Of a stretch of 64,000 nt of DNA, positions 38,542 through 47,769 are shown piece after piece. The stretch comes from a virus (Duplodnaviria; Caudoviricetes). Location of the stretch: the IMG/VR virus record IMGVR_UViG_3300031998_000005. One strand, written 5' to 3'. The translations under genes and the position numbers were made by a program. Every line of letters starts with the position of its first letter. Position 1 is the stretch's first letter. The notes below the pieces were generated by a model, which saw only the letters and a program-made list of their open reading frames with translations, did not search any database and had not been told where the DNA came from.

Positions 38542-39102
38542 ATGAAAACATTAGCACTTTACGCAGGGAGTTTCAACCCTATCCACGCAGGGCATATCCA
38601 GGTCATTGAAACCGCACAGCAGATTTTCGGAGAAGACCACGTAGGCATCCTGCTTGCAGACAATCCGCAGAAGACCTATGGGGTGTCCAAGGATAAACGC
38701 TCCGATTGGTTGTGGCAAACCGTCGGCAAGCGTCCGTATTATGTGGATGGGTTCGTGTGTGATTTCTGCGATGAAAAAAGTAGGGAAATCTCATACGGGG
38801 AACAGGTGTGGGATAACATTGTGCTTATCCGTGGTGTCCGTTCGGGAGCAGACCTTGATACCGAAATCCCGATGGCGGGCTACAACTACAACATTTCGCA
38901 CGGCAAATACCCGACTATCCTAATCCCGACCCCTGCGAACCTTCGTGACCTGTCATCTTCGGCAGTCCGTGTTCTCGCCAAGCGGGATTTCAACGAGTTC
39001 TTTGACATCCTGTATAAGCCCTACGCTCCGCAGAAAATATCCTACTCCAAATGGGTAGATGTTGCCGAAGACGTTTGGAAAACCTACCACGAGTCAAAAT
39101 GA
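38542..39102 (+). CDS. CoaD/PPAT-like HxGH nucleotidyltransferase
   Basis: LYAGSFNPIHAGH, IRGVR...D...E, LSSSAVR. Confidence 0.8.
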   Translation: MKTLALYAGSFNPIHAGHIQVIETAQQIFGEDHVGILLADNPQKTYGVSKDKRSDWLWQTVGKRPYYVDGFVCDFCDEKSREISYGEQVWDNIVLIRGVRSGADLDTEIPMAGYNYNISHGKYPTILIPTPANLRDLSSSAVRVLAKRDFNEFFDILYKPYAPQKISYSKWVDVAEDVWKTYHESK

Positions 39103-39353
39103 AACACCCCGACCTAGACAAAGCCCTGTTGCATTTCCAATATGAGTGCGGGGAGATTGAACGGAAACTCCAACCCCGAATAGCCTTCGGGGAGGTTTCC
39201 GTTGGTTACTATCCCGCAGATGGTATGTGTGCTGTCGTGACCGTAAAGGAAACTGATGACTTTCGCCCCTTGGACGATTATGTTGTGAAACTAGCGGACA
39301 TCCCCGAAAAGGGAGAAATCACCCAGGAATGGTGGTGTTCACACTCTATCTAA
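39099..39353 (+). CDS. Hypothetical protein
   Basis: ATGA overlap. Confidence 0.6.
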   Translation: MKHPDLDKALLHFQYECGEIERKLQPRIAFGEVSVGYYPADGMCAVVTVKETDDFRPLDDYVVKLADIPEKGEITQEWWCSHSI

Positions 39354-39403
39354 AAAAGATAGAACCCTGCTATATATGTAATAGGACACAAAAGGAACTA
39401 TGT

Positions 39404-40102
39404 ATGTGCAAGTATTGTGAGCAAAACGAACGGAAATTGTTTAAGCCTATGGCGGTAAACGATGTGGGTTTCAAAATCCCGCTCGTAGGGATTGCGTTTA
39501 GGGAAGATACCGATGACAAGGTATTACAGGTCAATTTTGACGAATCCGAACCCCTGCAAATCGCCATCAACTATTGCCCCATCTGCGGGGCAAGACTTTC
39601 GCCCCCTGCTCCAATGCTCTTTGAGGATATGTCCGAAAACCCTACGGGTGTCGGCTGTTATAGAGTTCCCATCGGCAAGGACGCTATGGGCAACGACAAG
39701 ATTGTTGCCATCCCGAACCCGCAGGACAACTATGCCCTGTTTTGTTCCCAAATCAAGAAAATCGCTACGGGCGAGTTTTACGATTTAAGTATGCCTTGGT
39801 GCATTCAGCGTCTGTGGGTTCTGCTGAAAAAGCAAATCCCCAAGATGGAATTTGACTACGATATGCAGACGGACAGGCTGACGATTAAGATTAAGGGATG
39901 TCACCACTACATCGCTACCGAAAAATATCTGTATCGCCCGTTTGTCGGGGCTGACGGGGTAGTGTTCTTTAACACCCCGACTTCCTGGAAATATGTGACC
40001 GATGACAATTACGAGTTTATGAAATTTGTGCTTACCAAGATTGCCGAGGGCGATTTGAAACTCCCGACCCCGCATAACGTCACTACTAACCCATCCACTT
40101 AA
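39404..40102 (+). CDS. Zinc-ribbon family member fused to extra domain
   Basis: MCKYC...INYCPICGARL then ~165 aa more; class II motif at 39368. Confidence 0.7.
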   Translation: MCKYCEQNERKLFKPMAVNDVGFKIPLVGIAFREDTDDKVLQVNFDESEPLQIAINYCPICGARLSPPAPMLFEDMSENPTGVGCYRVPIGKDAMGNDKIVAIPNPQDNYALFCSQIKKIATGEFYDLSMPWCIQRLWVLLKKQIPKMEFDYDMQTDRLTIKIKGCHHYIATEKYLYRPFVGADGVVFFNTPTSWKYVTDDNYEFMKFVLTKIAEGDLKLPTPHNVTTNPST

Positions 40103-40114
40103 AAGGACTGCAAA

Positions 40115-40579
40115 ATGAACGCAAGCGAAAAGAAACAGATTGAAGAACTGCTCAAGGGACTTACTTATAATACCAAGACCCGTAAATTGGCATTCAAACG
40201 TAGCGATGGGGCTACCTACTTTACGGGGGCGTGTGTTACTCGCTTCAAGAATGACTTGAAGAAACTGCTTGATTCGTTCAAGATAGAGAAATCCAAGTTG
40301 AGCCTTGAAGAACAGGAAGAACGGGAATACAAGGCACCCGAACACAAGTATCTTGTCACGCTGACCAAAGACCCGAAAGCACCCGTGATGTGGGAATGCA
40401 AGTCCGTGCAGGACGTGTTTATGCAGACCCGCACCCATACGCAGTCTAATGACGCAAATCCGTTTACCGTCGTGGACGTGGCTACCACTTACAGGGTAAT
40501 GGAACGCACCGAATGGGACACGCCCGAAATGGATAAGAAATGGAAAGACTACTTGGCTCTTAAAAAGGACTTCGGGTAA
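40115..40579 (+). CDS. Hypothetical protein (N-terminus similar to 42379)
   Basis: SEKKQI..LLK.L.Y...L.FK..DG. Confidence 0.7.
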   Translation: MNASEKKQIEELLKGLTYNTKTRKLAFKRSDGATYFTGACVTRFKNDLKKLLDSFKIEKSKLSLEEQEEREYKAPEHKYLVTLTKDPKAPVMWECKSVQDVFMQTRTHTQSNDANPFTVVDVATTYRVMERTEWDTPEMDKKWKDYLALKKDFG

Positions 40580-40580
40580 A

Positions 40581-40781
40581 ATGTCAAGGTGGGTGGACAC
40601 TAACAAGAAAAGTATTACGGAATCTCTTATAGAGATTTCCAAAAAAATAGAAGCAGAAACCCATAGGGGCAAAATAACAAATGGGATTATTTCTACTACG
40701 AATTATCCCGAAACTAGAAAATTGTTAGAATCTTGGGGCTACAAAGAAGTGTCCCCGAATTATTGGGAGCGTAAGAAATAA
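40581..40781 (+). CDS. Hypothetical protein
   Basis: Packing. Confidence 0.55.
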   Translation: MSRWVDTNKKSITESLIEISKKIEAETHRGKITNGIISTTNYPETRKLLESWGYKEVSPNYWERKK

Positions 40782-41125
40782 TGGAAGGTTGGAACTTGGA
40801 CGAACAGAAACTCAAAGCAGAATTTAACAGGAAGCATCCCGATTGGAACAAACAACGGGTGTGCCTGTGTTGCGGTGAAAAGTTTTGGAGCGGTAAGCCC
40901 CGTAACATCTGCCTACAATGTGCTATGCAACAGGGATTACTTAAACCCGTAAATCCGACCGCTACCGACAAGCAACCCTGGTGGGAAAAATTGCTTACTA
41001 CCAGGGCTATCCGCTTGATGGCAGTTCCGTTTATTCTAGGTGCAGGATATGTGACGGATGCATTGCCACTTGCCATAGGTGTCAGCGTGTTCATCACTAT
41101 CCTTGCACTTACCTGTAAGGAGTAA
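40781..41125 (+). CDS. Zn-binding membrane hypothetical protein
   Basis: CLCCG..C..C; two C-terminal TM. Confidence 0.6.
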   Translation: MEGWNLDEQKLKAEFNRKHPDWNKQRVCLCCGEKFWSGKPRNICLQCAMQQGLLKPVNPTATDKQPWWEKLLTTRAIRLMAVPFILGAGYVTDALPLAIGVSVFITILALTCKE

Positions 41126-41126
41126 T

Positions 41127-41531
41127 ATGGCTGAAACAATCGTCTATGACAAACTCCCCGAAAACTATGACCTTGCCGATTTGGTTAAAAAGACCGATAC
41201 GGCTCTTTATTATTTCACAGGTAAAATCAAATACTACTTGTCGCAGGCAATAACAGGGTGCTGTATTATGCCCCCTCCGACCGTGACGTGGCGACCCGAC
41301 CACTCGTTTGAAGTTATCGGGCGTGTAGATATTGACGATAGGGTTTATTACACCTATACTGCCCTAGTAAACGGAAACTCTCCCGACTATATGAAAGTGA
41401 CTTTGTTCAAGGACAATATATTAAGGGCTGTTCGCTTGGCAAAGTTAGATGAACAATCTATCTGCTCCATTATGGATGACTTGCATACGATGTCCAGGCT
41501 TGAATATGCAGAACCCGCTTTCAAGGATTAG
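41127..41531 (+). CDS. Hypothetical protein
   Basis: AAGGAG RBS. Confidence 0.65.
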   Translation: MAETIVYDKLPENYDLADLVKKTDTALYYFTGKIKYYLSQAITGCCIMPPPTVTWRPDHSFEVIGRVDIDDRVYYTYTALVNGNSPDYMKVTLFKDNILRAVRLAKLDEQSICSIMDDLHTMSRLEYAEPAFKD

Positions 41532-41534
41532 GCT

Positions 41535-41768
41535 ATGGCAAAGAAATGGACACCCCCGAAGATAACCTATATCCACTGCGACTATTGCGAGCAGCAAAAG
41601 CCTATTCCATCACAGGATAGGGAAATGGATGCTATCCTTGATGAAGATGGCTATTTCAATGTCCTTGATAATACCGAGGAAGGGAATATGCCTGCGACCG
41701 CAGCCGTATTCAAGTTCCTGTTCTGCCCGATTTGTGGCAGGCGATTACCCGCACCCAAGGAGGAATAG
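41535..41768 (+). CDS. CxxC...CPICG zinc-ribbon family member
   Basis: CDYC...LFCPICGRRL. Confidence 0.7.
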   Translation: MAKKWTPPKITYIHCDYCEQQKPIPSQDREMDAILDEDGYFNVLDNTEEGNMPATAAVFKFLFCPICGRRLPAPKEE

Positions 41769-41770
41769 AT

Positions 41771-42229
41771 ATGTATGGAGTAGTAATCACCTCAAGACCT
41801 AATCTCCAAGTCGCTGAAACGATAGAACACGTTGACGGATTACCGACAAGAAGGGCTGCGGATGACTTTGCACACAAATGGTGTAAAGAAGCACCGAACA
41901 ACCGAACCGCATTTGTCTATGAAATGGAACAGCCCGCACAGAAGGAACCGCCCCTGTTTACCTACTCTACGGGTCCTGCGGGAGCGACAATTAGCCTTAC
42001 ACAAGAACAACTCTTGGACAAAGTGGATATGCTCTGCACCAAGTTAAATAATTTGAAAATGTTTATCTGCGATGACGCAACATCTACGTCTGTGCTTGTG
42101 GAAGAAGTCACACTTGCCCACCATCTTGCACACGAATTGTGGGATGCCCTGCCCGATGAAGAATCCAATGATGGTGCAGTAGGCGAGGTTATCAAGAGAG
42201 CATATGGCGGTGAAACAAAAAACGGGTGA
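41771..42229 (+). CDS. Hypothetical protein
   Basis: GGAGG RBS. Confidence 0.65.
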   Translation: MYGVVITSRPNLQVAETIEHVDGLPTRRAADDFAHKWCKEAPNNRTAFVYEMEQPAQKEPPLFTYSTGPAGATISLTQEQLLDKVDMLCTKLNNLKMFICDDATSTSVLVEEVTLAHHLAHELWDALPDEESNDGAVGEVIKRAYGGETKNG

Positions 42230-42378
42230 TGTAGTCCTTACGCTCCCAGGTGGCAGGACTATAAAGATGTTTGTAAGCAAGGGTAGCCACCGCTCGTTTA
42301 GGAATAAGGGTCGCTATGAAATCCCCGATGAAATCTATGGCGACCCCGAAATTGCATATTTACTGATGAAGGTTAAAA

Positions 42379-42678
42379 ATGACAAAAAGCGAACAGAAGA
42401 AAATCCTTGACTTACTCAAACGTCTGCAATACAGCCCTTACAAGGATTTATGCGACCGCCCTACGGGAGTGTTGTCCTTTAAGTCAAAAGACGGGCGTGT
42501 AGTATCTACGACCCTGTGCAACGCTGACAAGATTATACCCGCATTCAAGAAAGAACTCAAAAAGTTGCTTAAAGACTTGACCGAGCAAAATGAAGATACG
42601 GGTGGAGAATGGCTGACTAACGGGAATGTTCCCGATGAACCGCTGGACGCACAGCAAAATTGGGGAATTTTCGGATAG
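42379..42678 (+). CDS. Hypothetical protein
   Basis: Similar to N-terminus of 40115. Confidence 0.65.
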   Translation: MTKSEQKKILDLLKRLQYSPYKDLCDRPTGVLSFKSKDGRVVSTTLCNADKIIPAFKKELKKLLKDLTEQNEDTGGEWLTNGNVPDEPLDAQQNWGIFG

Positions 42679-42685
42679 CACCCTA

Positions 42686-42714
42686 TTGACTTTGATTAGG
42701 TATTTTGTTATATT
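42686..42714 (+). promoter_or_regulatory. Class I early promoter
   Basis: TTGACT-17-TATATT. Confidence 0.8.
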
Positions 42715-42750
42715 ACAGGAACAACCCGTTTAACCACGAACCGAGAAACT

Positions 42751-43233
42751 ATGAGTATTATTGAAATCCTGCGTAGCCTTCCGAATATCCCGCCCTACAG
42801 GACGGGAACTATCTACGAAGTGACAAACTACGATGGAACAAAGGAAACATCGTCTAGCAAGTGGTGTCTTAATCACTATGCTTGTTTCTGCGAAACTTTC
42901 AAGTTCATCACGGAGAAAATCAGTGAAGATGGCTACACCGTCGTTTATTGGCTGTCACACCCTGTCTTTGCGATGAAACTTGATGGCGAATATCCGCAGT
43001 TCAAAATCTTTATGGGCAAGGACGGAATCCGCAACGACAAGCATAAAAACGAACTTGGGGAAAACAGACCCCCACGGGATTGTGAGTGGGCACCGTTCGT
43101 CAAGGGTCAAAGCATTGGTGTGCAATATGCCAAGAACACAGGAAACTACGCCCTGCATTTTGAAATCGTAGTGCATCACGCAGCCTACTACATAGGCTAC
43201 CTAAAATGTCTTGAAGAAAGGGGCTTACTATGA
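42751..43233 (+). CDS. Hypothetical protein
   Basis: After promoter. Confidence 0.7.
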   Translation: MSIIEILRSLPNIPPYRTGTIYEVTNYDGTKETSSSKWCLNHYACFCETFKFITEKISEDGYTVVYWLSHPVFAMKLDGEYPQFKIFMGKDGIRNDKHKNELGENRPPRDCEWAPFVKGQSIGVQYAKNTGNYALHFEIVVHHAAYYIGYLKCLEERGLL

Positions 43234-43511
43234 AACTCTACTATCTTGAAAATTCCGTTGCTACCGAAGATTACAAGTATTACCGAAATGGTAGCGACTG
43301 CGGTGGCGAGTCCTACGATGGCACAGGTGACTTAAAGTATGCCCGTTTCTTTCTTGACAAGGAAACGGCAAAGGCTTACATCAAGGACGCTAATAGTTGG
43401 TGGACAAAGTTTGATTTTCACGTCAAGTCTATTGAGTTTAACGAACTGATGGACTTAATCCAACAGGAGAACCCCCAACTGAAAACATTTATCCTGGACA
43501 GGTGGGAATGA
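43230..43511 (+). CDS. Hypothetical protein
   Basis: ATGA overlap. Confidence 0.65.
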   Translation: MKLYYLENSVATEDYKYYRNGSDCGGESYDGTGDLKYARFFLDKETAKAYIKDANSWWTKFDFHVKSIEFNELMDLIQQENPQLKTFILDRWE

Positions 43512-44059
43512 TGAAGAAACCCGTATGTGCGTGTGCCAAGTTTGCCGTGAAGATGAAGAACCCCTGCGATGGGTATGTTCTAGCCTATGGCAAGGACGAA
43601 GTGGACGAGTATGTTGAAAATCTCCAAGCCACCCACTACGCAGAAAGTGTGGACTTGGGAATGGCTAACAAAAAACTTCAAGACGAAGTTGCTAAACTAA
43701 AAGCACAAATGCCAAGATACAGGCAATTTGTTGAAGAAGAAGAATTTAGAAAGAAACTTGTTGATGAATATGATGGCTATGTATATGAATGGAAGGGTAA
43801 ACACTATGTAGCCACCCCATATCTTAACATTTTCGTAAAAAACACGTTATATGCCTTATGGATGTCTAGGGCTACTACCGCCAAAAACCTGGTCATCGCC
43901 TACGAGAACTATGACTACCTTGATTGCGACCGAATGACAATTAAGCAAGAAACCGCTAGAACGTGGATGACCTGTAAACTCCGCACTGCCGAAGAATGGG
44001 TTAAAGTTTGGAAAAAGGTTCAAGCATTGTGTGAAAACTACGCAAAGAAATTTGAATAA
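43508..44059 (+). CDS. Hypothetical protein (YxxxEVD helix family)
   Basis: YGKDEVDEYVENL plus coiled coil. Confidence 0.7.
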   Translation: MMKKPVCACAKFAVKMKNPCDGYVLAYGKDEVDEYVENLQATHYAESVDLGMANKKLQDEVAKLKAQMPRYRQFVEEEEFRKKLVDEYDGYVYEWKGKHYVATPYLNIFVKNTLYALWMSRATTAKNLVIAYENYDYLDCDRMTIKQETARTWMTCKLRTAEEWVKVWKKVQALCENYAKKFE

Positions 44060-44071
44060 AGGAAATATATT

Positions 44072-44443
44072 ATGGAACAGACCATCCTTGTGTATCGTGT
44101 AGAAAATCCCAAAAAAGGCGAGGGTCTTTGGCGAGATTTTGATGGCAACCTTAACCCCGTGTTTGACAAGTTGTCCGAAGGCTTGAGTCGCAGCCTTCCG
44201 ATGCCGGATAATCAAGAAAGGTATCACGCAGATGGCAAGAATTGGTTTGCGTCCGCACCTTCCAGGGAAACCTTGAAGCATTGGTTTAGCCGTAAGGACG
44301 TAGAAGAACTTGTCGCCTTGGGCTATGGTGTATTTGAATTTGAAGTCAAGAACACTAGGTTCGTCAGCGACTTTGAAACCATCTTCACGAGGGATAACAT
44401 CGTCAAGGTGAACGAACTCCAAATCTCGGACATTTGGGAATAG
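44072..44443 (+). CDS. Hypothetical protein
   Basis: AAGGA RBS; YRVE...GLW, L.HWF. Confidence 0.7.
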   Translation: MEQTILVYRVENPKKGEGLWRDFDGNLNPVFDKLSEGLSRSLPMPDNQERYHADGKNWFASAPSRETLKHWFSRKDVEELVALGYGVFEFEVKNTRFVSDFETIFTRDNIVKVNELQISDIWE

Positions 44444-44559
44444 GATGAAAGACCTTGACTTTTACGAACCCGATTGGCTCTATGTGATGGTTTATTTCTT
44501 CGGGTGCAAATGCCCCGAAGAATACAAATGTTTTTGGAAACACTATAAAGGACTTTACG

Positions 44560-44868
44560 ATGGATTATGAGAAACTTGAAAATGAGGTTCACGAAGCCTT
44601 AAAGGACAACATTGAAAACAGGTTCTTTCTTTGTGAAAGGTTTACGAACACCCGAACAATCTCTTGGGAAAAATCCCTGCGGGCAATATCTCGCTCCGAC
44701 TTGTCCTGTGCCGACAACTACCTTATGCAGAAAGTGGCTATCGCTTTTACTGAATTTGAGCGGGGCAATTATTCGGGTAGCAAGAGAGCCTTTGCCGAAT
44801 GCGGGGCGATTATCTTGCGGTGTATGAACTATGTGGATGAACACGAGTTTGTGAAGAAAGATGGTTAA
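44560..44868 (+). CDS. Hypothetical protein
   Basis: AAGGA RBS. Confidence 0.6.
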   Translation: MDYEKLENEVHEALKDNIENRFFLCERFTNTRTISWEKSLRAISRSDLSCADNYLMQKVAIAFTEFERGNYSGSKRAFAECGAIILRCMNYVDEHEFVKKDG

Positions 44869-45301
44869 ATACACAAGGACATACGAAGAACTGCCCCGTG
44901 GGTTAAGCAAGATGTTCAAGAAGATTGAACCATCTATCGCCACGAGCGTAAAGAAACACCCAAGGGGCAGGCGAACCCGCTACATCGTGGCATACAACGG
45001 CAAGGACGAACCCCGTGGAATCCTGGAATGGAGTCATCGTTGTGCTAGACATTTCGGGCGACACAATATGCCGTTCCTAGCAAATATGGACACGAGCGTT
45101 CACCATCGGGGCTACGGGGAACTGCTGTTCAATCAGTTCCTGTCCGAAATCAAGTATAGGTTTTTCCTGTTCTGTATGGACGAGAATGCCGAGCAGTTCT
45201 GGCGACACATTGGCGAGAAGAACGGACTGACCATTACAACCCCGTTCAAATCCCCGTGGGGAACACCCGCCCTGCTGATGAAGAAAAGGAAACCACTATG
45301 A
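44861..45301 (+). CDS. GNAT-like acetyltransferase
   Basis: HHRGYGELL (R.G.G acetyl-CoA loop) and A..FW..IG. Confidence 0.5.
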   Translation: MVKYTRTYEELPRGLSKMFKKIEPSIATSVKKHPRGRRTRYIVAYNGKDEPRGILEWSHRCARHFGRHNMPFLANMDTSVHHRGYGELLFNQFLSEIKYRFFLFCMDENAEQFWRHIGEKNGLTITTPFKSPWGTPALLMKKRKPL

Positions 45302-45558
45302 AGAAACTACGCTACATTTGGGGATTGGCTGTATCTACACTAGCCCTGCCGTTCGTTCTGCTCTACGGGGTGCTAGTTCTTGTCCAAATCCTAATCCTCG
45401 CTACAATACTAATCCCGTATTGTCTTGGGTGCGTATTGAAGAAATTTATCCTAGTTATGCACGGAGCAATCGGACCGACCGCCCGTGAAAACGAGAACCT
45501 ACAAAGCCCCTTGACCAAGTTCAATAAACTCATTCTATCACAGGAGATTGACCTATAA
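45298..45558 (+). CDS. Membrane hypothetical protein
   Basis: Long hydrophobic stretch. Confidence 0.6.
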   Translation: MKKLRYIWGLAVSTLALPFVLLYGVLVLVQILILATILIPYCLGCVLKKFILVMHGAIGPTARENENLQSPLTKFNKLILSQEIDL

Positions 45559-45758
45559 TGTGCAAGATTTGTGAATCCAAAAAGAAAAAGGTTGATATTA
45601 CCGCAGAAGAAGCCTTCTACGCCATCTATTTCAACAAGCCCAATAAACGGGATGATTGCGAAGATTTCAAGCACCACCACACGATTTCTGCGGACGATGG
45701 CGATGCCTATGCCGTTATTCAGTTCTGCCCGTTCTGCGGTCGTAAATTGGAGGACTAG
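45558..45758 (+). CDS. Zinc-ribbon family, array member 1
   Basis: MCKIC...IQFCPFCGRKL. Confidence 0.75.
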   Translation: MCKICESKKKKVDITAEEAFYAIYFNKPNKRDDCEDFKHHHTISADDGDAYAVIQFCPFCGRKLED

Positions 45759-45761
45759 CCT

Positions 45762-45965
45762 ATGTGTCAATACTGCGAAAAACACCCCATTGGTTGCGAG
45801 GAATTGACCACCCCGTTCATCTGTAATGCTGATGCGGTTCTCCGCATAGAAAAAGATGAACCCTATGTGGGCGATTATGGATTCACCCTGTATATTGATG
45901 GTGAAAACGTGTTCTATGGGAGCGAACCCATCAACTATTGTCCGATGTGCGGACGTAAATTATAA
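45762..45965 (+). CDS. Zinc-ribbon family, array member 2
   Basis: MCQYC...INYCPMCGRKL. Confidence 0.78.
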   Translation: MCQYCEKHPIGCEELTTPFICNADAVLRIEKDEPYVGDYGFTLYIDGENVFYGSEPINYCPMCGRKL

Positions 45966-45974
45966 GGAAAGCCT

Positions 45975-46163
45975 ATGTGTAAGTATTGCAAAACGACCCA
46001 TAAAGACGGCTTACAGGCGGGAGCAGATTTCGGGGATGGCAACGACCGTTTTCGGCTGATGAACTCTGGCAGACTTGCTGCCCGTATGGATATTTGGGAT
46101 TTCGCCCTGCACTCCGTCAAAATCAAGTTTTGTCCGATGTGTGGACGAAAGTTGGAGTTTTAG
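45975..46163 (+). CDS. Zinc-ribbon family, array member 3
   Basis: MCKYC...IKFCPMCGRKL. Confidence 0.78.
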   Translation: MCKYCKTTHKDGLQAGADFGDGNDRFRLMNSGRLAARMDIWDFALHSVKIKFCPMCGRKLEF

Positions 46164-46166
46164 CCT

Positions 46167-46340
46167 ATGTGTGAATACTGCGAACCTTATCACGAAGAAC
46201 AGATTGACGGAGAGAACGGGGATGCCTATGTCACTAAATATGGCGAACTTGTTGTTTTTCCCGATACCGACTTTGAGGTGAAAGCCGTCCATCTAAAAAT
46301 CAAGTTCTGCCCGATGTGCGGTGGCAGAATCGGAGTCTAG
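46167..46340 (+). CDS. Zinc-ribbon family, array member 4 (57 aa, absent from ORF track)
   Basis: MCEYCEPYHEE...IKFCPMCGGRIGV. Confidence 0.75.
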   Translation: MCEYCEPYHEEQIDGENGDAYVTKYGELVVFPDTDFEVKAVHLKIKFCPMCGGRIGV

Positions 46341-46343
46341 CCT

Positions 46344-46601
46344 ATGTGTGAATACTGCGACCACGAAACAAACGAAGAAGCCAAGCGATTCCCCCTGTTT
46401 AATGAAAATGCCAAGCGGGAAGAAGCCTTCATTGATGAAGACAACTACCTATCGGTCTATACCGAAAGCGGGGAATGGGTCGGTGTGGGTATCAAGTTCT
46501 GCCCGATGTGCGGGGAACGGCTCAAAGGGTGCGGGCATTTTGACGAGGATGACCCACCTACGACCTTTGAACGGACAACCCAGGCACCGTTCCCCTACTA
46601 A
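46344..46601 (+). CDS. Zinc-ribbon family, array member 5
   Basis: MCEYC...IKFCPMCGERL. Confidence 0.78.
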   Translation: MCEYCDHETNEEAKRFPLFNENAKREEAFIDEDNYLSVYTESGEWVGVGIKFCPMCGERLKGCGHFDEDDPPTTFERTTQAPFPY

Positions 46602-46632
46602 AAAAAAATCAAAAAAAAATTACTAATACCTA

Positions 46633-46661
46633 TTGACAGGCATTGGATATTTTGTTATATT
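46633..46661 (+). promoter_or_regulatory. Class I early promoter
   Basis: TTGACA-17-TATATT plus leader. Confidence 0.85.
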
Positions 46662-46698
46662 TAAGGTATCAAGAACAACCACCAACCGAGGTAGCAAA

Positions 46699-47346
46699 AT
46701 GTCCATCTTCTACAAAGAACGCTATAATCGTGAAACCAAGCAGTATGAATATAACGTAGAGCGTTATATAGGCTGTGTTCTTTTTCTCCGTGAACACAAT
46801 GGTTTTGAAGACTCCGATTTCTATGCCTTGGTCTATAACAAGGACACAGACAAGTTTGAAGAAATTGAATATGGTTCTACCCGTTATGCAGGCGGGGGTA
46901 TTGCCCACGTAGATGCTACCCCCGAAATTATTGCACTTTACAGGACACGTGCGGAGCAGGCAGAATTTCGTTGCAAGGTGCAGGCTACTTGGAAATTCCA
47001 TCAGTATAGGGTGGATTTCTGCAAGGCTACGAATGTGTCTTTCAAGGAAGCGAACAAGTTGTTCAATGCGTATGGGGCAATTTCCGCAGATTTAGTTCGT
47101 GTGGGTAAACTGCTCCACACTAGGAATTTCCGTTCGGATTTCCGTAAGAAAATGGCAGAACAGGTTAGAACTTGGCTCAAGGACGAAAACCCCAAGTATA
47201 AGACCCCGCTTTCCCCCAAGCAGATGGGTTTCTGCACCGACTCTTATCGGGGTGACGATGTGCGAGATGCCCCGTGGAATGACGGCACGTATGCACACCA
47301 TCTTGACTATCGTGCCCGCTTCGGGACAGGCTATATTCAGTTATAA
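46699..47346 (+). CDS. Hypothetical protein
   Basis: CCGAGG RBS; E.NG..DSDFYA...VDATPE; FRS.FR...PLSPKQ. Confidence 0.75.
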   Translation: MSIFYKERYNRETKQYEYNVERYIGCVLFLREHNGFEDSDFYALVYNKDTDKFEEIEYGSTRYAGGGIAHVDATPEIIALYRTRAEQAEFRCKVQATWKFHQYRVDFCKATNVSFKEANKLFNAYGAISADLVRVGKLLHTRNFRSDFRKKMAEQVRTWLKDENPKYKTPLSPKQMGFCTDSYRGDDVRDAPWNDGTYAHHLDYRARFGTGYIQL

Positions 47347-47529
47347 GGAAACTACCCTATGGCTAGAGGTTTCAAGTATCAGTCCCCAGGTGGGACAATG
47401 TATGGCTACGGAGCGGTCTGCCGTATGTATGCCAAGAAATTCAACGAGTTAAACAAAGACCAAGTAGCCTTTGAAAAATGGCTGTTCACCGAGAAAGGCT
47501 TTCGCCTGTTCTACCTGTAAGGAGTTCCT

Positions 47530-47757
47530 ATGGCTATCAAAATGCCCAAAGACCCGAACAAGGTCAAGACACTCTGCTACAAGTATCAAAAGCAGTTGAA
47601 AGAACTTACGCAGAAATACGAAAAAGAACGCCTAAATTGGGGTATGGAAGAATACTACCTTACCCAAAAGATTTGGGATTTTGAAGCCCTTTGCAAAAAG
47701 AACAACGTGGACTTCACCATCGTAAACGAACGGGACGCACACCGTCGCCAACATTAA
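47530..47757 (+). CDS. Hypothetical protein
   Basis: AAGGAG RBS. Confidence 0.65.
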   Translation: MAIKMPKDPNKVKTLCYKYQKQLKELTQKYEKERLNWGMEEYYLTQKIWDFEALCKKNNVDFTIVNERDAHRRQH

Positions 47758-47769
47758 AGGAGAACCCTT

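Noticed and set aside
45558-46601. Zinc-ribbon array as a diversity-generating retroelement
   Set aside because: No reverse transcriptase in the window, and the variable parts are unrelated rather than adenine-mutated copies.
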